A stretch of 64,000 bases of DNA from Lepidodermella squamata (Eukaryota; Animalia; Gastrotricha), in contig JBLDXI010000023.1 in NCBI GenBank assembly GCA_047495785.1, forward strand, positions 1,364,001-1,428,000, written 5' to 3'. The position numbers were made by a program, and so were the translations under genes. Below, piece after piece: positions 22,005-35,433 of this stretch (position 1 is the first letter of the stretch; every line of letters starts with the position of its first letter). The notes under the pieces were generated by a model, which did no database searches, was not told the DNA's origin, and worked only from the letters and a program-made list of their open reading frames with translations.

Positions 22005-24282
22005 ATGTCGAATACTAAATTTAATGCTGATCAGGTCTCTTACTTGAACAAGGTAACGCCAAGACCATGCTTTGAACATTTTAATTTCAATTACTTACTC
22101 AGTGGTTTAAGCTAATGCGAAAGCGCAAACTTACCAGGGATATCGCTGAGTTGATAGCTAAAAAGATTGGCACATCGGTTGGTAAAGTTCAAAACTGGTT
22201 CCGCACAAAAAGAAGTAAAGAAGTGGAAGAGAAGATGATTTTGCGATGTAAAGATATTCTCGGGGAAGAAAAAAACGAGTTGCTAGCGTCGGAGGTGAAA
22301 CATAATTCCAAGTTGGTCAAAGAGAGAAAACAGCTGCTCGCACGAGAATTCGGCCTTACAGAGCGCCAGATTGGAAATTTCTTCCGCAAGCATCGCGTCC
22401 AACAGAACACATGCGTTCGCACGAAGTTAACACAGCAGCAGAAGGAAATATTCAAGAAGGTTTGTTGCAAAGCGATATGCCAGAAACAAGCCGAAGTTTT
22501 CAGTTCATTTATAGTTTATTTCTTTACCCCTTATTTTCCCAGATACTTTGGTACAACTATTTTTAATTTGATATTTTTTCATCAGGAATTCCTGCAAAAT
22601 GCAAGCGCGTCACATCATAGATTCCGAGAAATCGCCGAGATTGTTGGCATAACATTAAATCAGGCCAGACATCTTGTCGCTACAGGACGAGCGCAAGTGG
22701 GAATCCGCTGTAGAAGAACAAAATCTGAATCCATCAGATTCACTGATTGCCAACTGGCAGAACTGCAGGAAGCATTCCCGTCAACAATGGTGAGGGGCGA
22801 CAGCTTTGACGATGCCCTCTATAGAGGTTTGGCAAAGAAAACTGGATTGCAAAAGACTGTGGTCAAGAATTGGATTTCTAACCGGCTTAAATCAGCTGGC
22901 TTCACAAAGAAACAAGAAACTCTTGATCACAGCAGTATCTGCGCTCTAAATGCTGTGAGTTTCGATGAAATGACGTTTGAGTGATCGAAATAAGCTTTGT
23001 CCTAGGAATTCGCTGTATCGAGCCGAATGGAAGACGGCAGAGTGCAAGCAATTGCTGAAAAGCTTGGATTGACTTTCAGACAGGTTTAAAATTTCTTTGC
23101 TACTAAGCGAAGGCACTTAAGGACTGCGAGAAATGAGCAATCCCGTTGCCGCAAACTAAACCTTGACCAACGAAATGCTATTCCTGAGGTATGAGGAGAC
23201 TCATAATCAATGCCGATTTATTATTTTTCGTTAAGGAATTCACTGAGAATCCAGATCTACAGGAAAGTGGAATATCTCGTCTTGCAGAACGACTGGAAAT
23301 TCCTTTTGGTACTGCAAAACGTTTCTTTCAGTTCCACTATGCTGAACGCAGATCGCGAGGTCCTTGTAGAATGCGGTTGACATGGGAGCAGCGGCTTCTT
23401 CTAGAGAAGGTAAATCTCACGGTTATTTGCTCTGTTACATAACTGCGATTAAATCGGTTCAGGAGTTTCGAAACTCCAAATCAGGGTATTCGGTTTAAAC
23501 TCAAACCAGTTCCTACCAGTTTACACCGGTGCCGGTATAAACCGGTTTTTTTCAATTTCAATAAAAACCGCGGTTTTAATTAAACAGACTAATCCGACGG
23601 TTAGATAGTAAGACATCACCAGGAATATGTCATCCTAGCTGAAAGTGTTGACACAAAGTTGAGCTACAAGATCAGGAGTTGCCTTAGTTATGATAATCAG
23701 CTATGATTCTAAGCGTGAAGGATCATTTGCCAAGTAAGATTCGGCCAAATTCGAACAAAATCAATCACTCACTGTATAATCGATAATCGATATTCGATAA
23801 CCGATACTCCCAGTGTAAAAACAGATGCGCTCAGCGTGTTCAGCGCCTCAGATTACCTCTAGAACTCAAATATCTCTACATAATTCGCAAAACTAACGAA
23901 AATATCGCAAAATCAAAATTCACTTCCGGTTTTTTAATTGGTGAGCGGAAAATTGTAAACAAAATTTTTTTTCAAAGGAATCGGCAAAACCGCGTCTTTT
24001 GATCGCAAAATCCCCCTTAGAAGTTTGCACGGGGAACTCAATCCCGTTTTCAGAATTTTCATAGCTATCACAGCTCTGGAGATAATTAGCTGTGTTTATC
24101 ACGCGAGCAAGCTGAACGCCTAGCTACATCGATGGGTTTTTCGACCGAAAAAGCAAGATAAAGAGTACATACACTCTTTTTCCTTACATTTTTTCAATTC
24201 CATTGTTTAGGTACAGAGCTGGTTCAGGTGGAAACGGTCTGTCGAAAAACAGAAACAAAAGAAAGAAGCCATCGCTTCATGA
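22005..24282 (+). pseudogene. Multi-homeodomain copy I, pseudogene
   Basis: TAA in exon 4 (CAG GTT TAA) and a ~0.6-kb insertion (~23482-24097) splitting exon 6. Confidence 0.85.
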
Positions 24283-24644
24283 TCATCAATTTGCCTTGTT
24301 TTATACTGTTATTAATCTCAAACCTCCCGTCAAATGACAACCTAGCGCGAGTTGGAAGCAACATGATCTCATTTCGGACTTTAGATTTAGGATTTCTTTT
24401 GTCCCTAATCCATGGAGAATCTGAATCTGATCCTCGGACGACAGAATTCGGGATCAGAACAATCAAAATCAGCTACAGAAAGTCGTAGAAAACATCAGCT
24501 GAGAACTGCGGAACGACGAGGAAAGGAGCCAAGTCTAAGTAGCCAAGATCGTTTCAATTTGATAAGAAATGATTGGTGAGATAATAATCGGAAATGTCAG
24601 TTTTCTCTGATAATTTGTGTTCCCCCAATTAAAATACGAGCTGC

Positions 24645-24865
24645 GTCAGCGTTCTCCGAGCGTAACTGCTGGATAAGCTGCATGACTAGAGCAACCTGGT
24701 CGACCGTCAGATCGACGACCCTCAGCTTCTTCGCTCTCTCTTCGACAGTCATTCCAAATGGCTTCTTCGCTGTTGTAGCCATATTTCAGTAAACTTCCTC
24801 CAAGCTGGTGCGCGATGGGAAGCGTCGAGTAAATAATATCAATTAAAAAACCTCAGAAAATTTAA
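24645..24865 (-). mobile_element. Isolated 5' end of LINE family A (5' UTR and ORF1 start)
   Basis: MATTAKKPFGMTVEERAKKLRV...; near-identical to 29785-30005. Confidence 0.85.
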
Positions 24866-24999
24866 CTCAGAAGAAACGAAAGGGTCCCCCTGTGGCCTGC
24901 GGATTTTATAGCCTTCCTCTGTTAGGAGTACCGGAGCTGGGGTGTCGCAACACCCCTGTACTTCGCACCCTGTTTGCAGTGTATGGAATGGTATGTTGT

Positions 25000-25717
25000 A
25001 TGCACATTTCCGGGCCCGCCTATGTTTCGTCCGCGCGCGCACTCCCATTGGCTGGCTTGTGTGCAGGCGTGTTGCGCAATCAATGCGTGCGCGCGCGCAT
25101 AAGTATAAGCCACACTAGTCTGAAGCGAAAATAAATGCAGCATATTTTATATCAATTTATTAGTCATTTATAGCAAAATTTTATGAATTAATTTGAAAAA
25201 TACCATCAAATTAATGCTAAAAACAGTTTCACCATGAATTAAAACGCATGGACTCCGACTTGACCGTGCGCGCGCGCGTGAGTGAGTGAGTGTTTGTGTG
25301 TGCGCGTGCGCGCAGTTTAACTTCTTGTTTGCCGCGCGAAAAAATCTCAAAGGTGACTTTTCGAAAATGTTGTCGGTTTTTAGACCAAAATAAAATTTGA
25401 GCGATTCTCCGTCGATTGGATATGGGGTTCTCGTTCGAAAAAATTAAAGGGAAATTTTTTTACGTGCACTCAAAATTTGCGATCGAAATGAGCGCGCTCA
25501 TAATGTGCGCGAAAGTTTGAGTGCACGTAAAAAAATTTCCCTTTAATTTTTTCGAACGAGAACCCCATATCCAATCGACGGAGAATCGCTCAAATTTTAT
25601 TTTGGTCTAAAAACCGACAACATTTTCGAAAAGTCACCTTTGAAAGGATACGCGTGACCTTTCAACCAATGGGAGTGCGCGCGCGGACGAAACATAGGCG
25701 GGCCCGGAAATGTGCAT
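25000..25717. mobile_element. Foldback-like element: 52-bp outer inverted repeats enclosing a palindrome with 128-bp arms
   Basis: Outer IR 25000-25051 / 25666-25717; inner arms 25347-25474 / 25516-25643 with a 41-bp spacer. Confidence 0.8.
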
Positions 25718-25798
25718 GTTGTATATTTATGATTGAGCCGTGATTGAAATATACCTTCCAACAATTAAATATACCTTATGAATTGGAGCCTCACTCAG

Positions 25799-26059
25799 TG
25801 CTTCGATTTGATGCGAAATCGCATTCTCACTAAGGATATGGCTGAGTTCATAGCGAAAAACATTTGCACATCGGTTGTGAAAGTTCAAAACTGGTTTCAC
25901 ACGAGAAATAGAAAAAGCGCTGAAGGAAAAGCTAAGAAGATATTTCGATTCGAAGATATTCTCGGGGAAGAAAACAACGAATTGTTGATGCTCGAAGTGA
26001 AAAATGATCCTAAACTGAGCAAGGGCAGACAGCAGATGCTGGCACGACGATTCGGCTTG
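25799..26059 (+). pseudogene. Multi-homeodomain copy J, exon-2 fragment truncated by LINE-A
   Basis: CFDLMRNRILTKDMAEFIAK...QQMLARRFGL, then switches to antisense LINE sequence. Confidence 0.82.
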
Positions 26060-29000
26060 TCCCTCGGTTTCTGTTCCAGAAACCGAGGGACACTCGGGAT
26101 ACGGCAACGAGATTCCAACTCCGACACGCGGACCCTGTCGTCCCGACGAATGTGGAGCATTGCACGCAGGCTATCATTTTGGATGACTGCGAGACGATTA
26201 AGCTGTTGCTTCGAGGCGCTAGCCAGACAAATGGTCCCATAAGACCAGCACGAACGGACCAGAGTCAAGTAAAGGGTGCGGCGCCAGCGGCGCGACAGCC
26301 CAGGGGTGAACATGAGATGTTTGAAAAAAACCCATATTTCTGCGGCAACGGTCAGTGACCTTGTCCACATGAACTTTCCACGTCAGTTTAGGGTCCAAGT
26401 GAACACCGAGAACTCGTAACGACTCGACTTGCGGAATTACGGCTCCGTTGAGCCTAACATCAACGGACGCGTTACCAAAGTGCATAACTTCGCTCTTCGC
26501 GGGATTAAACTTCTGGCGCCATTTCTTGGCCCAGTCGGAAATACGAGTGAGCTCCAATTGGAGGCGACGCTGAGCAGCAGGGAACGTGCCACCCTCGCCG
26601 ACGACAGTTGGATCGTCCGCGTAGGCCTGCAGCAACGTGCCATCCACGCTTGGGGCGGACAGCAAATCGGCGGTGTACAGAATGTAGAGAAGCGGCGACA
26701 ACGGGGAACCCTGCGGCACCCCGCAATGGACGACGACTTGACGACTCAGCGAGCCCGCCGCGCGAGCTTGCAGACGACGGTCGCGAAGATAGTCGGCCAG
26801 CCAGCCGACCAAATTTCGCGGGAGAGGCAGTTGGGCCAGCTTATGGATCAGCCCGGCGTGCCACACGGAATCGTAGGCCGCCTGAACATCCAAGCCGGCC
26901 ACGACAGTCTTCTTGCGCAGGGAGCGGTTGACGTGGACGCGATGAACGATGCGAAGTGGGACATCTGGCGCGGAATGGTGCGGACGGAATGCAAACTGAT
27001 TCTCAGGGAGAAGGTGTTGACTTTCGAGAAACTGTGTCATCCACCGAGCCACGATCGACTCCAGGAGCTTGGCGTCAGTCGGCAGCAGGGAGATAGGAGG
27101 CTGTGACGAGACATGGTTCTGCGGCTTGCCGGCCTTTGGGATAGGCACAACAACCGCTGCTTTCCACGCTTGAGGCACGTAGCGACTGCCAAGAGACATG
27201 TTGAACAGCCGACGAAGGTGGGTTTGCAGGACAGGGCCACCCCACTTCAGGTAGATGTTTTGAATACCATCCAAGCCAGGGGCCTTGAAGGACTTCAAAC
27301 GGCTAACAGCATCAGCGAGCATCCGTTGACTGACAGAAAACTCGCCGAGAGCGGGCAAGCGGATCACATCGGAAGCACGAAGGTCAGGATCTGCAACGAC
27401 ATCGTCCTCGACTTGTTGCCACCACTGGCGAGTGGCAGCGTCCGCATCGGGGTCGACGTAGGGCGACATCGGTTTGACGAAATGATCAAGCAGTGCATCA
27501 GCAAGGGCAGTAGAAGGCGGCAGGACACTGCCATCATCGAGCTTCATGTAGGTCAGGCGATCAACAGAAGTAGGACAAAACTCATCGAGACGACAGAGGT
27601 GGGCATAAGCCTCTCGGTAGCGGTGCTGGAACGACAGAGCTTCAACATATCGCAGGTTGGAGATATCCCGCCGCAATTGCTGAGCCGCTTTCGCAGCGCG
27701 GAACTGGGCGTCCAAGGCGTTGATCCTATCGACAAGCCCGGCATCAACTCGATCGCCGAGCCCACGTTCAAGAATCCTCTTTCTTTCGAGCAGGGTACGC
27801 AGGTCCGGGTCATTGAAACTTTCCTCAGCTGAGTGCGGTCGAGCAGAGGGACGTGAACACGGCGAGATTCGGCGATTGCCGCACCAACCTGGCGCCGATA
27901 CGAGTCGATCCGAATAACTGGGTCGCCGACATTAGGCAGCGGGATTTCGGACAGCAGCCGGATCAGGGTACGAGAGAATCCGAAACGATCGGCTCTGGAG
28001 ATGTCGTAGCGAGGAGCAGGGTCCACGAGTTCGTAGACGTGAGCAGGGCCAGAGCCGGACGGAAGACGAACCCTGACAGACGTGCAGAAGTGATCGCTGC
28101 TGAGTCGGTCGCCAACAGACACGCCACCATCGAGAAGGCGAAGCGCCGCGTCGTTGACAATCCAGATATCGAGCGTAGACAGGGCCTTGTGAGCTTTCGA
28201 CAGGTGCGTGGGAGGCGAGGAGAGAACAGTCAGACCGAGACGGGTGACGAACTGATGGACGGAATAGCCGTGAGGGTTCCATAAATCGTGGGACTGTGAA
28301 CTCCACAGTGGAGACTTGCCATTGAGATCCCCGCTAAAGATACAGGGGAGGCCGGAGGCGGAGGCCCCAGCGAACTCGGTTTCCAAGAAGCTGAGATCCA
28401 AGGACGACGTCGGCGGACAATACGGGTCGAGCTGGTTTGTGGCGGCAGCGGGGAGGCGAGAGCCGGTCGAATAGGCGTCCGACAGTGTCGAGTCGGCGCT
28501 CGAAAGCGGCTTCCATACGCTGGAACCGCTCTTCCATAAGACTAAAGAGCCGGGCGCCATCAGGCGACAGAAAGTGACCGCGGAGTGCAGGATTAACAGG
28601 CGGAGTAGCAGGAGGCACCCACGACGGAGAAGGGGATGACCACGGAGCAGGCGTTGGTCCGCCGACAAAGTCACGGGTGGAGAGAAAGTGCGTGGGGCCA
28701 CCCCGTAGGTGCTCGGGGACCTTCGCTTGTTGACGACGCTTTTCACGTTCGGCGGCTTTCGCTTCACGGGCGACGGCGATGGCACGGCGACGGGCCACCT
28801 CGTCAGCCTGGGCGGTCTTGAACGCAGGGCAGCCCCGCCACGAACCAGAATGATGAGGCTCACCGCCGCCACTGCAGTGGGGGCAACGACGATCTTCAGG
28901 CTCAGCGAGACAGGTGGAAATCGTGTGATCAGTCGCAGCACAGCGGCTGCATCGTTGCGTGGTGTCCGGAGAACAATCCACAACGACATGGCCGTAAGCG

Positions 29001-30005
29001 GCGCACTTCAGACAGGTAGGCGGGAGAGCCTTGCTTTTCAACTTGTGGACTTTAATGCGACGATTCAGAAACTTGACATCGTTAGCCATGGCATCCTCGT
29101 AATGCTCAGCCGTTCGAAAGACGAGCACCATCGGCGACGTCTGCTTACCAGGGAGCGGGGGAATCTCGCGGATTTCCTCGATATACTCGGGCCGGAAAAG
29201 TGGGCGCAGAGTATCGCCAGTGTAACAGGAGGGCAGGCGGTAGCATATGGCCGAGCGTTTGTCTTTCAAAATGCGATCTGATTCGGTCACAGTCGGGTCA
29301 GGCCGGCCCGGATAGTGAATGCGGAAGTCTGAGTCGCGAAACGCACCCTTAGGGAAGCCGGTACGCTTGAGTAGCTTGTCAGCGTCCGTCGCAGTGGCGC
29401 ACTTCACGCGGAGGCCGCCGCTGCTCATGACATCGACAGCGACGGGCGCCAGCCATGGCGCAACGCGGACCAACTCTGGCTCGAGCTCTCCACGAGTCAT
29501 GCCAGTGACGCGGTCGATTATCACGACCTTGTAGTTGACAGGCGCCTCTTGAGGTCCAATAGACGGGTGGGGAGCAGATGTACGAGTCGGGGGCGGAGGC
29601 GGCGGGTCTTCCTTGCGCGCCACTTTACGCTTGCGCGACGCTTGCTGCCAGGGCTGGTTCGACGCCCCACTGGAGGACGGGGGTGGGGAGGACGGTGGAC
29701 TGTCAACAGACATCTGAAGGTCACCGAACGAAGACAGGTGAGGAGGGGACTGCCCAGTCGGCGGGCAGGGAGACGACGGAACGGTGTCAGCATTCTCCGA
29801 GCGTAACTGCTGGATTACCTGCATGACGAGAGCAACTTGATCGACCGTAAGATCGTCGACCCGCAGCTTCTTCGCTCGCTCTTCGACAGTCATTCCAAAT
29901 GGCTTCTTCGCTGGTGTAGCCATACTCCAGTAAACTTCCTCAAGGCTGTGGCGCGATGGGAAGCGTCGAGTAAATAATATCAATTAAAAAACCTCAGAAA
30001 ATTTA
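26060..30005 (-). mobile_element. Jockey-like LINE family A, near full length but defective
   Basis: ORF1 from ATG 29923 with three Cys/His zinc knuckles (CLKC...H...C, CSRC...H...C, CPHC...H...C). APE N-terminus deleted (resumes at YCPP...GDLNGK...SDH). RT has RP/PPISLL, GVPQGSPLSP, YADD. Frameshifts; no 3' tail. Confidence 0.92.
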
Positions 30006-30042
30006 ATATTCAATCGCAAAAGATTTGAAATGCGGCTGTAAC

Positions 30043-30290
30043 TTTCTCATTCTCATTCTCATTCTCATTTTTATTGCAAATTGTTTTTCAACAGCTAGCA
30101 AATAGTTAAGTTTAGTTTAGCAGAAAGTTGTTTCTTGGCGCCTCACCACAGAAGTCACGTAGTTTACCAATGAAGGCGAATTAAATTTTATATGTTTGCA
30201 AAAAGCACTGTGAGAGTTGTTAACCACGCAAGACGGCAGACGGTTCCACGCAGCACGCACTTTCTTCCCCATAGTATTTATCATTATGAG
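30043..30290 (-). mobile_element. CR1-like LINE 3' end with microsatellite tail
   Basis: RAAWNRLPSCVV...F C-terminal motif, then AATAAA and (ATGAGA)n on the minus strand. Confidence 0.6.
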
Positions 30291-30346
30291 TTTCAAGCTT
30301 GAAATGGAGATCGAATGAAATGGGACCACATTCAACGGTTGTAAGA

Positions 30347-30470
30347 CAGTTCAGCAAAACTTAGTTCAGCAAGCAACGTCAGTTCAGCAGTGATATTTGA
30401 GCAGGAGACTCTTCAGCAACCGCTACTTCAGCAGACGCTAGTTCAGCAGACAGCACTTTAGCTGGCGACC
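30347..30470 (+). repeat. Short array of TTCAGCA-core repeats (~15-17 bp period)
   Basis: About 8 ttcagca-like cores separated by variable spacers. Confidence 0.55.
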
Positions 30471-31054
30471 ATTCAACCCATTGTGTCTTTGTGTGTATAT
30501 TTGCCAGGATACAAACGAAGATGTTTATGTTTTTATGTTTTATGCCCCTATTGATGTTAAGTTTTTCTGGGCTGTAATTTAGACGTATTTAAACGTATTG
30601 TCCTGCAGTTTTAGTGTTATAAATTGTTGAATTCGTTTATGCGAAGCTGACAAATCAACAACTGGAAAGCTTAAAAAAGGTGAGATTGCGATACATCATA
30701 CTTTGTAGAAGCGTATCTGAATAGTTCGAACTGAAATGGCCGGCTGTAAAGCGCTTTTCTCCCAAAAACAGAAATCGGTTGTTACTGGTCGGAACGAGAG
30801 AGGTCTTCGAACTAGAGCTCAGCTTCTGACTTTTACCGTGCCGTAATTCCTTTGAAATAATCGGAAAGGATTTGATTCTTCGAAAGCTGCCTTTTTTGCG
30901 AATTCACCTTTTCCGGCGAGGTGAAAGTTGTCAACTGTCCCTGGTTTTGTTCCCCCGATTCAAATGCGAATTTCATTATATTGTTTGGTAACGATTTCTG
31001 TTTTGTAATATCTAAAGGCATTGTTCATCTGAATTTTAAATTTTGTCTAACATA

Positions 31055-32881
31055 ATGCCGCGAACTCCATTTCATGCCGATCAAGTCTCTCAATTGAAGA
31101 AGGTAACGCTGAGACTTTGCTTTTTTAACAGTTCTTCTTATTGTATTAAGTGCCACTGATATTCAACACTTGCTCAGTGCTTGGAGTTGAGGCGAAATCG
31201 CAGGATTACCAAGGATATGGCTGCGTTGATAGCGAAAAACATCGGCACAACGGTTGTTAGAGTTCAAAACTGGTTTCATGCAAGAAGGAAAGGAGTTGAA
31301 GAGAAAACTAAGAAGAAGTTGCGAATCGAAGATATTCTCGGACAAGAAAATTTCAAATTGTTGATTTTGGAGGTGCAACATGATCCCAAGTTGGCAAAGG
31401 CGAGAAAGCAGCTGCTAGCCCGAAACTTTGGCCTTCCTGAGTGGCAAGTTAAAAGATTTTTCAGTATGCATCGCATCAAACAAAAGGCTGTTCGCACGAT
31501 CATGACAAAACAGCAGAAGGAAATATTCGAAAAAGTAAGCTTTGAAACGATGTAAAGTATATTTCATCTATCAGAAATTCTTGAACTATTAAGTTTGCTG
31601 TTTACTTTTTCCAATGTTTAACGCCAATATTTTCATGGGGAAATCTTGCTTGTGAAAAATTAATGCCTTGGTTGCTGCTAGAAGTTCTCAGTCGACAAAA
31701 AATATTCGGGCTATTTTCTGGTAGTGCTTCTCATATATTTAATCAATATTCTGGTTACTCTTTTATCAGGAATTCAGGAAGAATTGCAGCATGTCACAGC
31801 AGAGATTGAACGAAATTGCCGAAGTTATGGGCATAACATCTCGTCAGGCCGGATGTCTTGTTGCTAAACAGCGAACACGAGAGGGAATCCGTGGAATGGC
31901 GAAATCTGAATCCATTCGATTCACGAATTCTCAACTGGCAGAACTAGAGGAAGCATTCCAGTCAACAGTGGCGATGGGCGATAGCTTTGACGATGTCCTC
32001 GTTCAAAGATTGGCCATCAACACTGGATTGAAGAAAACCGTGATCAGAAATTGGTTCCAGGACAGGCGCAAATCTGCTGGCCTAGTAAAGAAACAAAAAA
32101 CTCTCGATCCAAGTAGTATTCGCGCTCTCAATGCCGTGGGTTCAATTCTTGATTAAAGGCTGCAGTGTTCCAAATATGTTGTAAACAGGAATTCGCTGTA
32201 TCGAGCCGTTTGGAAGTAGAAAGAAGGCTAGAGATAGTGGAAAAGTTTGGATTAAAACCCAGCCAGGTTCGTCACTTCTTCGTTAGAAAACGGAAACAAT
32301 TGGGTATAGCGAAAAAGAAGCAATCCCGTCCTCGCACACTGGTTAATTTCCAGAAAAAAACCTTGACTAAGGTGTGAAGAGGCTTATAATTCCAAACGGT
32401 GTAATTTTTTAATTTCTTCTTTTTGCACTCAGGAATTCAATGAGAATCCAGATCTACTGGAAACTGGAATGAGTCGCCTTGCAGAAAGTCTGGAAATCCC
32501 TTTTAACATTGTGAAAGGTTTCTTCGAAAATCACCGCTCAAAAGCTCGAGGTCCTGCTAGACGTCGAGCAAGAAGAGCATTGACCTGGGAACAGCGGCTT
32601 CTTCTAGAAAAGGTGATTCCTGAAAAGTTTCAAGATTCCAAGAATTGCTTTATATCATCATTGCGATTCCATTTATTTAGGAGTATAAAATCTCCGAATT
32701 CGTTACTCATGAGCAAGCTCAACGCCTAGCTTCTTCAATGGGGCATTCAATCGCGAAGGCAATTACTAATGCATTTTAATTATTAGTTATTTTTTCAATT
32801 CTTTTCATTTAATAGATAAAGAGGTGGTTCAATTCTAAACGGTTTTATGAAAAAACTAAGCAGAAGACAGTTGGTTCTTGA
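31055..32881 (+). CDS. Seven-homeodomain protein, copy K (intact, ~425 aa)
   Basis: Exons 31055-31102, 31178-31534, 31770-32135, 32189-32371, 32433-32612, 32681-32758 (GC donor), 32816-32881; open frame throughout. Confidence 0.86.
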
Positions 32882-33174
32882 ACATCTTGGTTTCTCCTGT
32901 TACAAACTACAGTTCATGGCGAATATTTACCTACCTTACGGAACGGTTACAAGCAATTTTATCGGGCTTGGAGGTTTCTCCATCCGTATCTGGTATTATT
33001 ACAGTTTTGAATAGGGAATTCCCAGGCTAAATACCCAGAAATCGTGATGAATATCGTAATTGTACATTATAGAAATTGTAATGATCTTTTATCTCATCAA
33101 TTGTGACCGATTTTTTCACATAAAACATAAAAATCTAAATCTAGGTGTAATCTAAATACTTCTAAATACGCGAT

Positions 33175-33350
33175 TTGAAAGACGTTTTTGCTAAAAGCGT
33201 AATGGAGAGTGGGAAATTCGATGAAGCTCGCTGTAGAAGCATAGCTGGCAAGGTCGGATTGAAATTGACAGCGGTGAAGATGAAGCGCTGGTTCGCCCAG
33301 AAACGGAAATTGGTTGGCATCGGTGCGAGGCGAATTTTTCAGAGTGATCT
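33175..33350 (+). pseudogene. Isolated divergent HD4-type homeobox fragment
   Basis: LKDVFAKSVMESGKFDEARCRSIAGKVGLKLTAVKMKRWFAQKRKLVG aligns to HD4, including its extended loop. Confidence 0.65.
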
Positions 33351-34036
33351 TTTAACTAGAGCTCAGCTTCATACGAAGGACCGCGCCAAAGTTCCTTGAA
33401 ACTAATCGGAATATTCGAATGCATAAAGAGCTGCCTTGTTGTGATTCTCCCCAGTGAAAGGAAAGAATCTCAGCCCATATCGCAGGGTGGTCGAAGGAAC
33501 GATCTGCCTAAAATATATAAACAAATATATAAATAAATCTGCCTAAAATATAAACAATGCTTTAGATGCATAGAAAAAACTGGCTCAGTTTTTCCGGCAA
33601 GCGACTGACTTGGTCTAGATGCAAAAATAGTTTTCCGCCATTTTTTTCTATTTTAGGCAGGTCGTGGGCAGTCGCCCACTCCGCGATATGTACCTGGCGC
33701 TCGCTGGCAGTTTCACAAAAGAGAAGACGGTAACAGACTTTGGTTTCACAGTAATCGGTCAGCATTCCTAATCAGACGTACATACTAATTTTAATTCACT
33801 TGAGAAGCCGGTCAGGTCTCTTACTCGATGTAGATTATAAATATATTTTTTTAGCGTTCTTTATATTGTTAATTGCAATTTTTCAAACTCTTGCTCATCA
33901 GTGCTTCGATTTATTGCGGAGGCGTAATCTAAGCGCAACTAACAAAAAGGATATTGCTGCGTCATAGCGAGATTGGCCTATCCGTTTTAAAGTTGAAAAC
34001 TGGGTTCACGCAAGGAAGAGAAAAAGTGTTGCGAAG

Positions 34037-35433
34037 ATGATCAAGAATAGTCGGCGATTTCAAGATATTATTGGGGTCGAGAAATGCGAACTGTTGAAAT
34101 TGGAAGTGAAACTTAATTCCAAGTTGCTCAAGGCGAGAAAGCAGCTGCTGGCACGAAAATTTGGACTTACCGAGCGTCAGGTTGAAAGATTCTTCAGCAA
34201 ACATAGCACTCAACGAACGGCTCGCTTCAAGCTAACATCTCAGCAGAATGAAACATTCGAGAAGGTATAATCAAGATGCGATATTTGATTAATATTAGGA
34301 GTGATCGCTATAGGAATTCAAGCAGAATCCTTCCACTTCGTTGCAAAGACTCAACGAGGTGGCAGAAGCCTTGGGCATAACATTTTACCAGGCCACGCAT
34401 CTTTTCAAAAAACGGCGAGCTCAATTGGGAATTCACGGTATAGCTGGGACATCTAAATCCGTTGGAATCACGGATTCTCAACTTGCCGAACTGCAGGAAG
34501 CATTCCAATCCACGTTGGTTAGGGGCGGAAGCTTTGACGATGCTCTCTATCAAGGTTTGGCCGAGAAAACCGGATTGAAAAGAACCGCGGTCATGAAGTG
34601 GTTCTTAGCCCAGCGCAAATCTGCTGGCCTCGTAAGGAAATACGAAACTCTCACTCGAAGTAGTATCAGCTTTCTGAATGCCGTGAGTTCAACTCTTGAT
34701 CATAGTTTACAGTTTACAATGTATATAAAATTGTGTGCCTCAGGAATTCGCTGTTTCGAGCCGAATAGAAGACGGCAGAGCGCTAGCAATTGCAGACAAG
34801 TTGGGATTAAATTTCAGAAAGGTCACATCTTTTTTCTATATGAAGCGGAGACACTTGAGAACTGTTAATAATGAGCAATCTCGTCTTGGCACACTGAAGC
34901 ATGATCAACGAAATGCCTTGACTAAGGTGTGATAGTGCTCATAATTCCTAACATTGACGTTTTGTGCTTTGTTATTTTGTTTTCAGGAGTTTCCTGAGAA
35001 TGAAGATCCACAGAAAAATCGCATGACTAGTCTAGCTGACAGAATGGAATCACCTTCTGATATTGTGAAACCTTTCTTCGAAATCCAAAATGGTAAAAAA
35101 CGAGCTCCTGCTAGACGTCGAGGAAAAATCTTCTTTACCTTGGAGCAGCGTCTTCTCCTAGAAAAGGTGATTAACTCGATAAATTTCCAGATTCCATGAT
35201 CGCTTTTATTCATCTTTCAATTTTCCAGGAGTATGAAATCTCTAAATTCGTAACACATGAGCAAGCTGAACGCCTAGCTACATCTATGGGATTATCGACC
35301 GAGAGGGCAATAAAGCTTTCACTTTGTTTCCGAGTTCCTCATAAATTACTTCAATTTTTAGATACGCGGATGGTTCAGGTCGAAACGGTTTTATGAACAA
35401 GAGCAACATAAAAAACATAAGGAAGGATCATGA
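34037..35433 (+). CDS. Multi-homeodomain copy L: HD1 decayed (33805-34036), HD2-HD7 open from ATG 34037 (~369 aa)
   Basis: Exons 34037-34264, 34314-34682, 34744-34926, 34987-35166, 35229-35306 (GC donor), 35362-35433 splice without stops. Confidence 0.62.

Noticed and set aside
22115-22984. Long single-exon ORFs (also 57619-58449) with a hydrophobic, TM-like middle
   Set aside because: The hydrophobic stretch is read-through of T-rich intron 2, which happens to lack stops.
27553-28989. 478-aa ORF as a separate gene
   Set aside because: The N-part is an alternative frame of LINE ORF1; only the C-part is real (truncated APE).
30347-30470. Spaced TTCAGCA repeats as a CRISPR-like array
   Set aside because: The core is only ~7 bp with ~8-10 bp spacers, the context is eukaryotic and there are no cas genes; it is more like transposon subterminal repeats.
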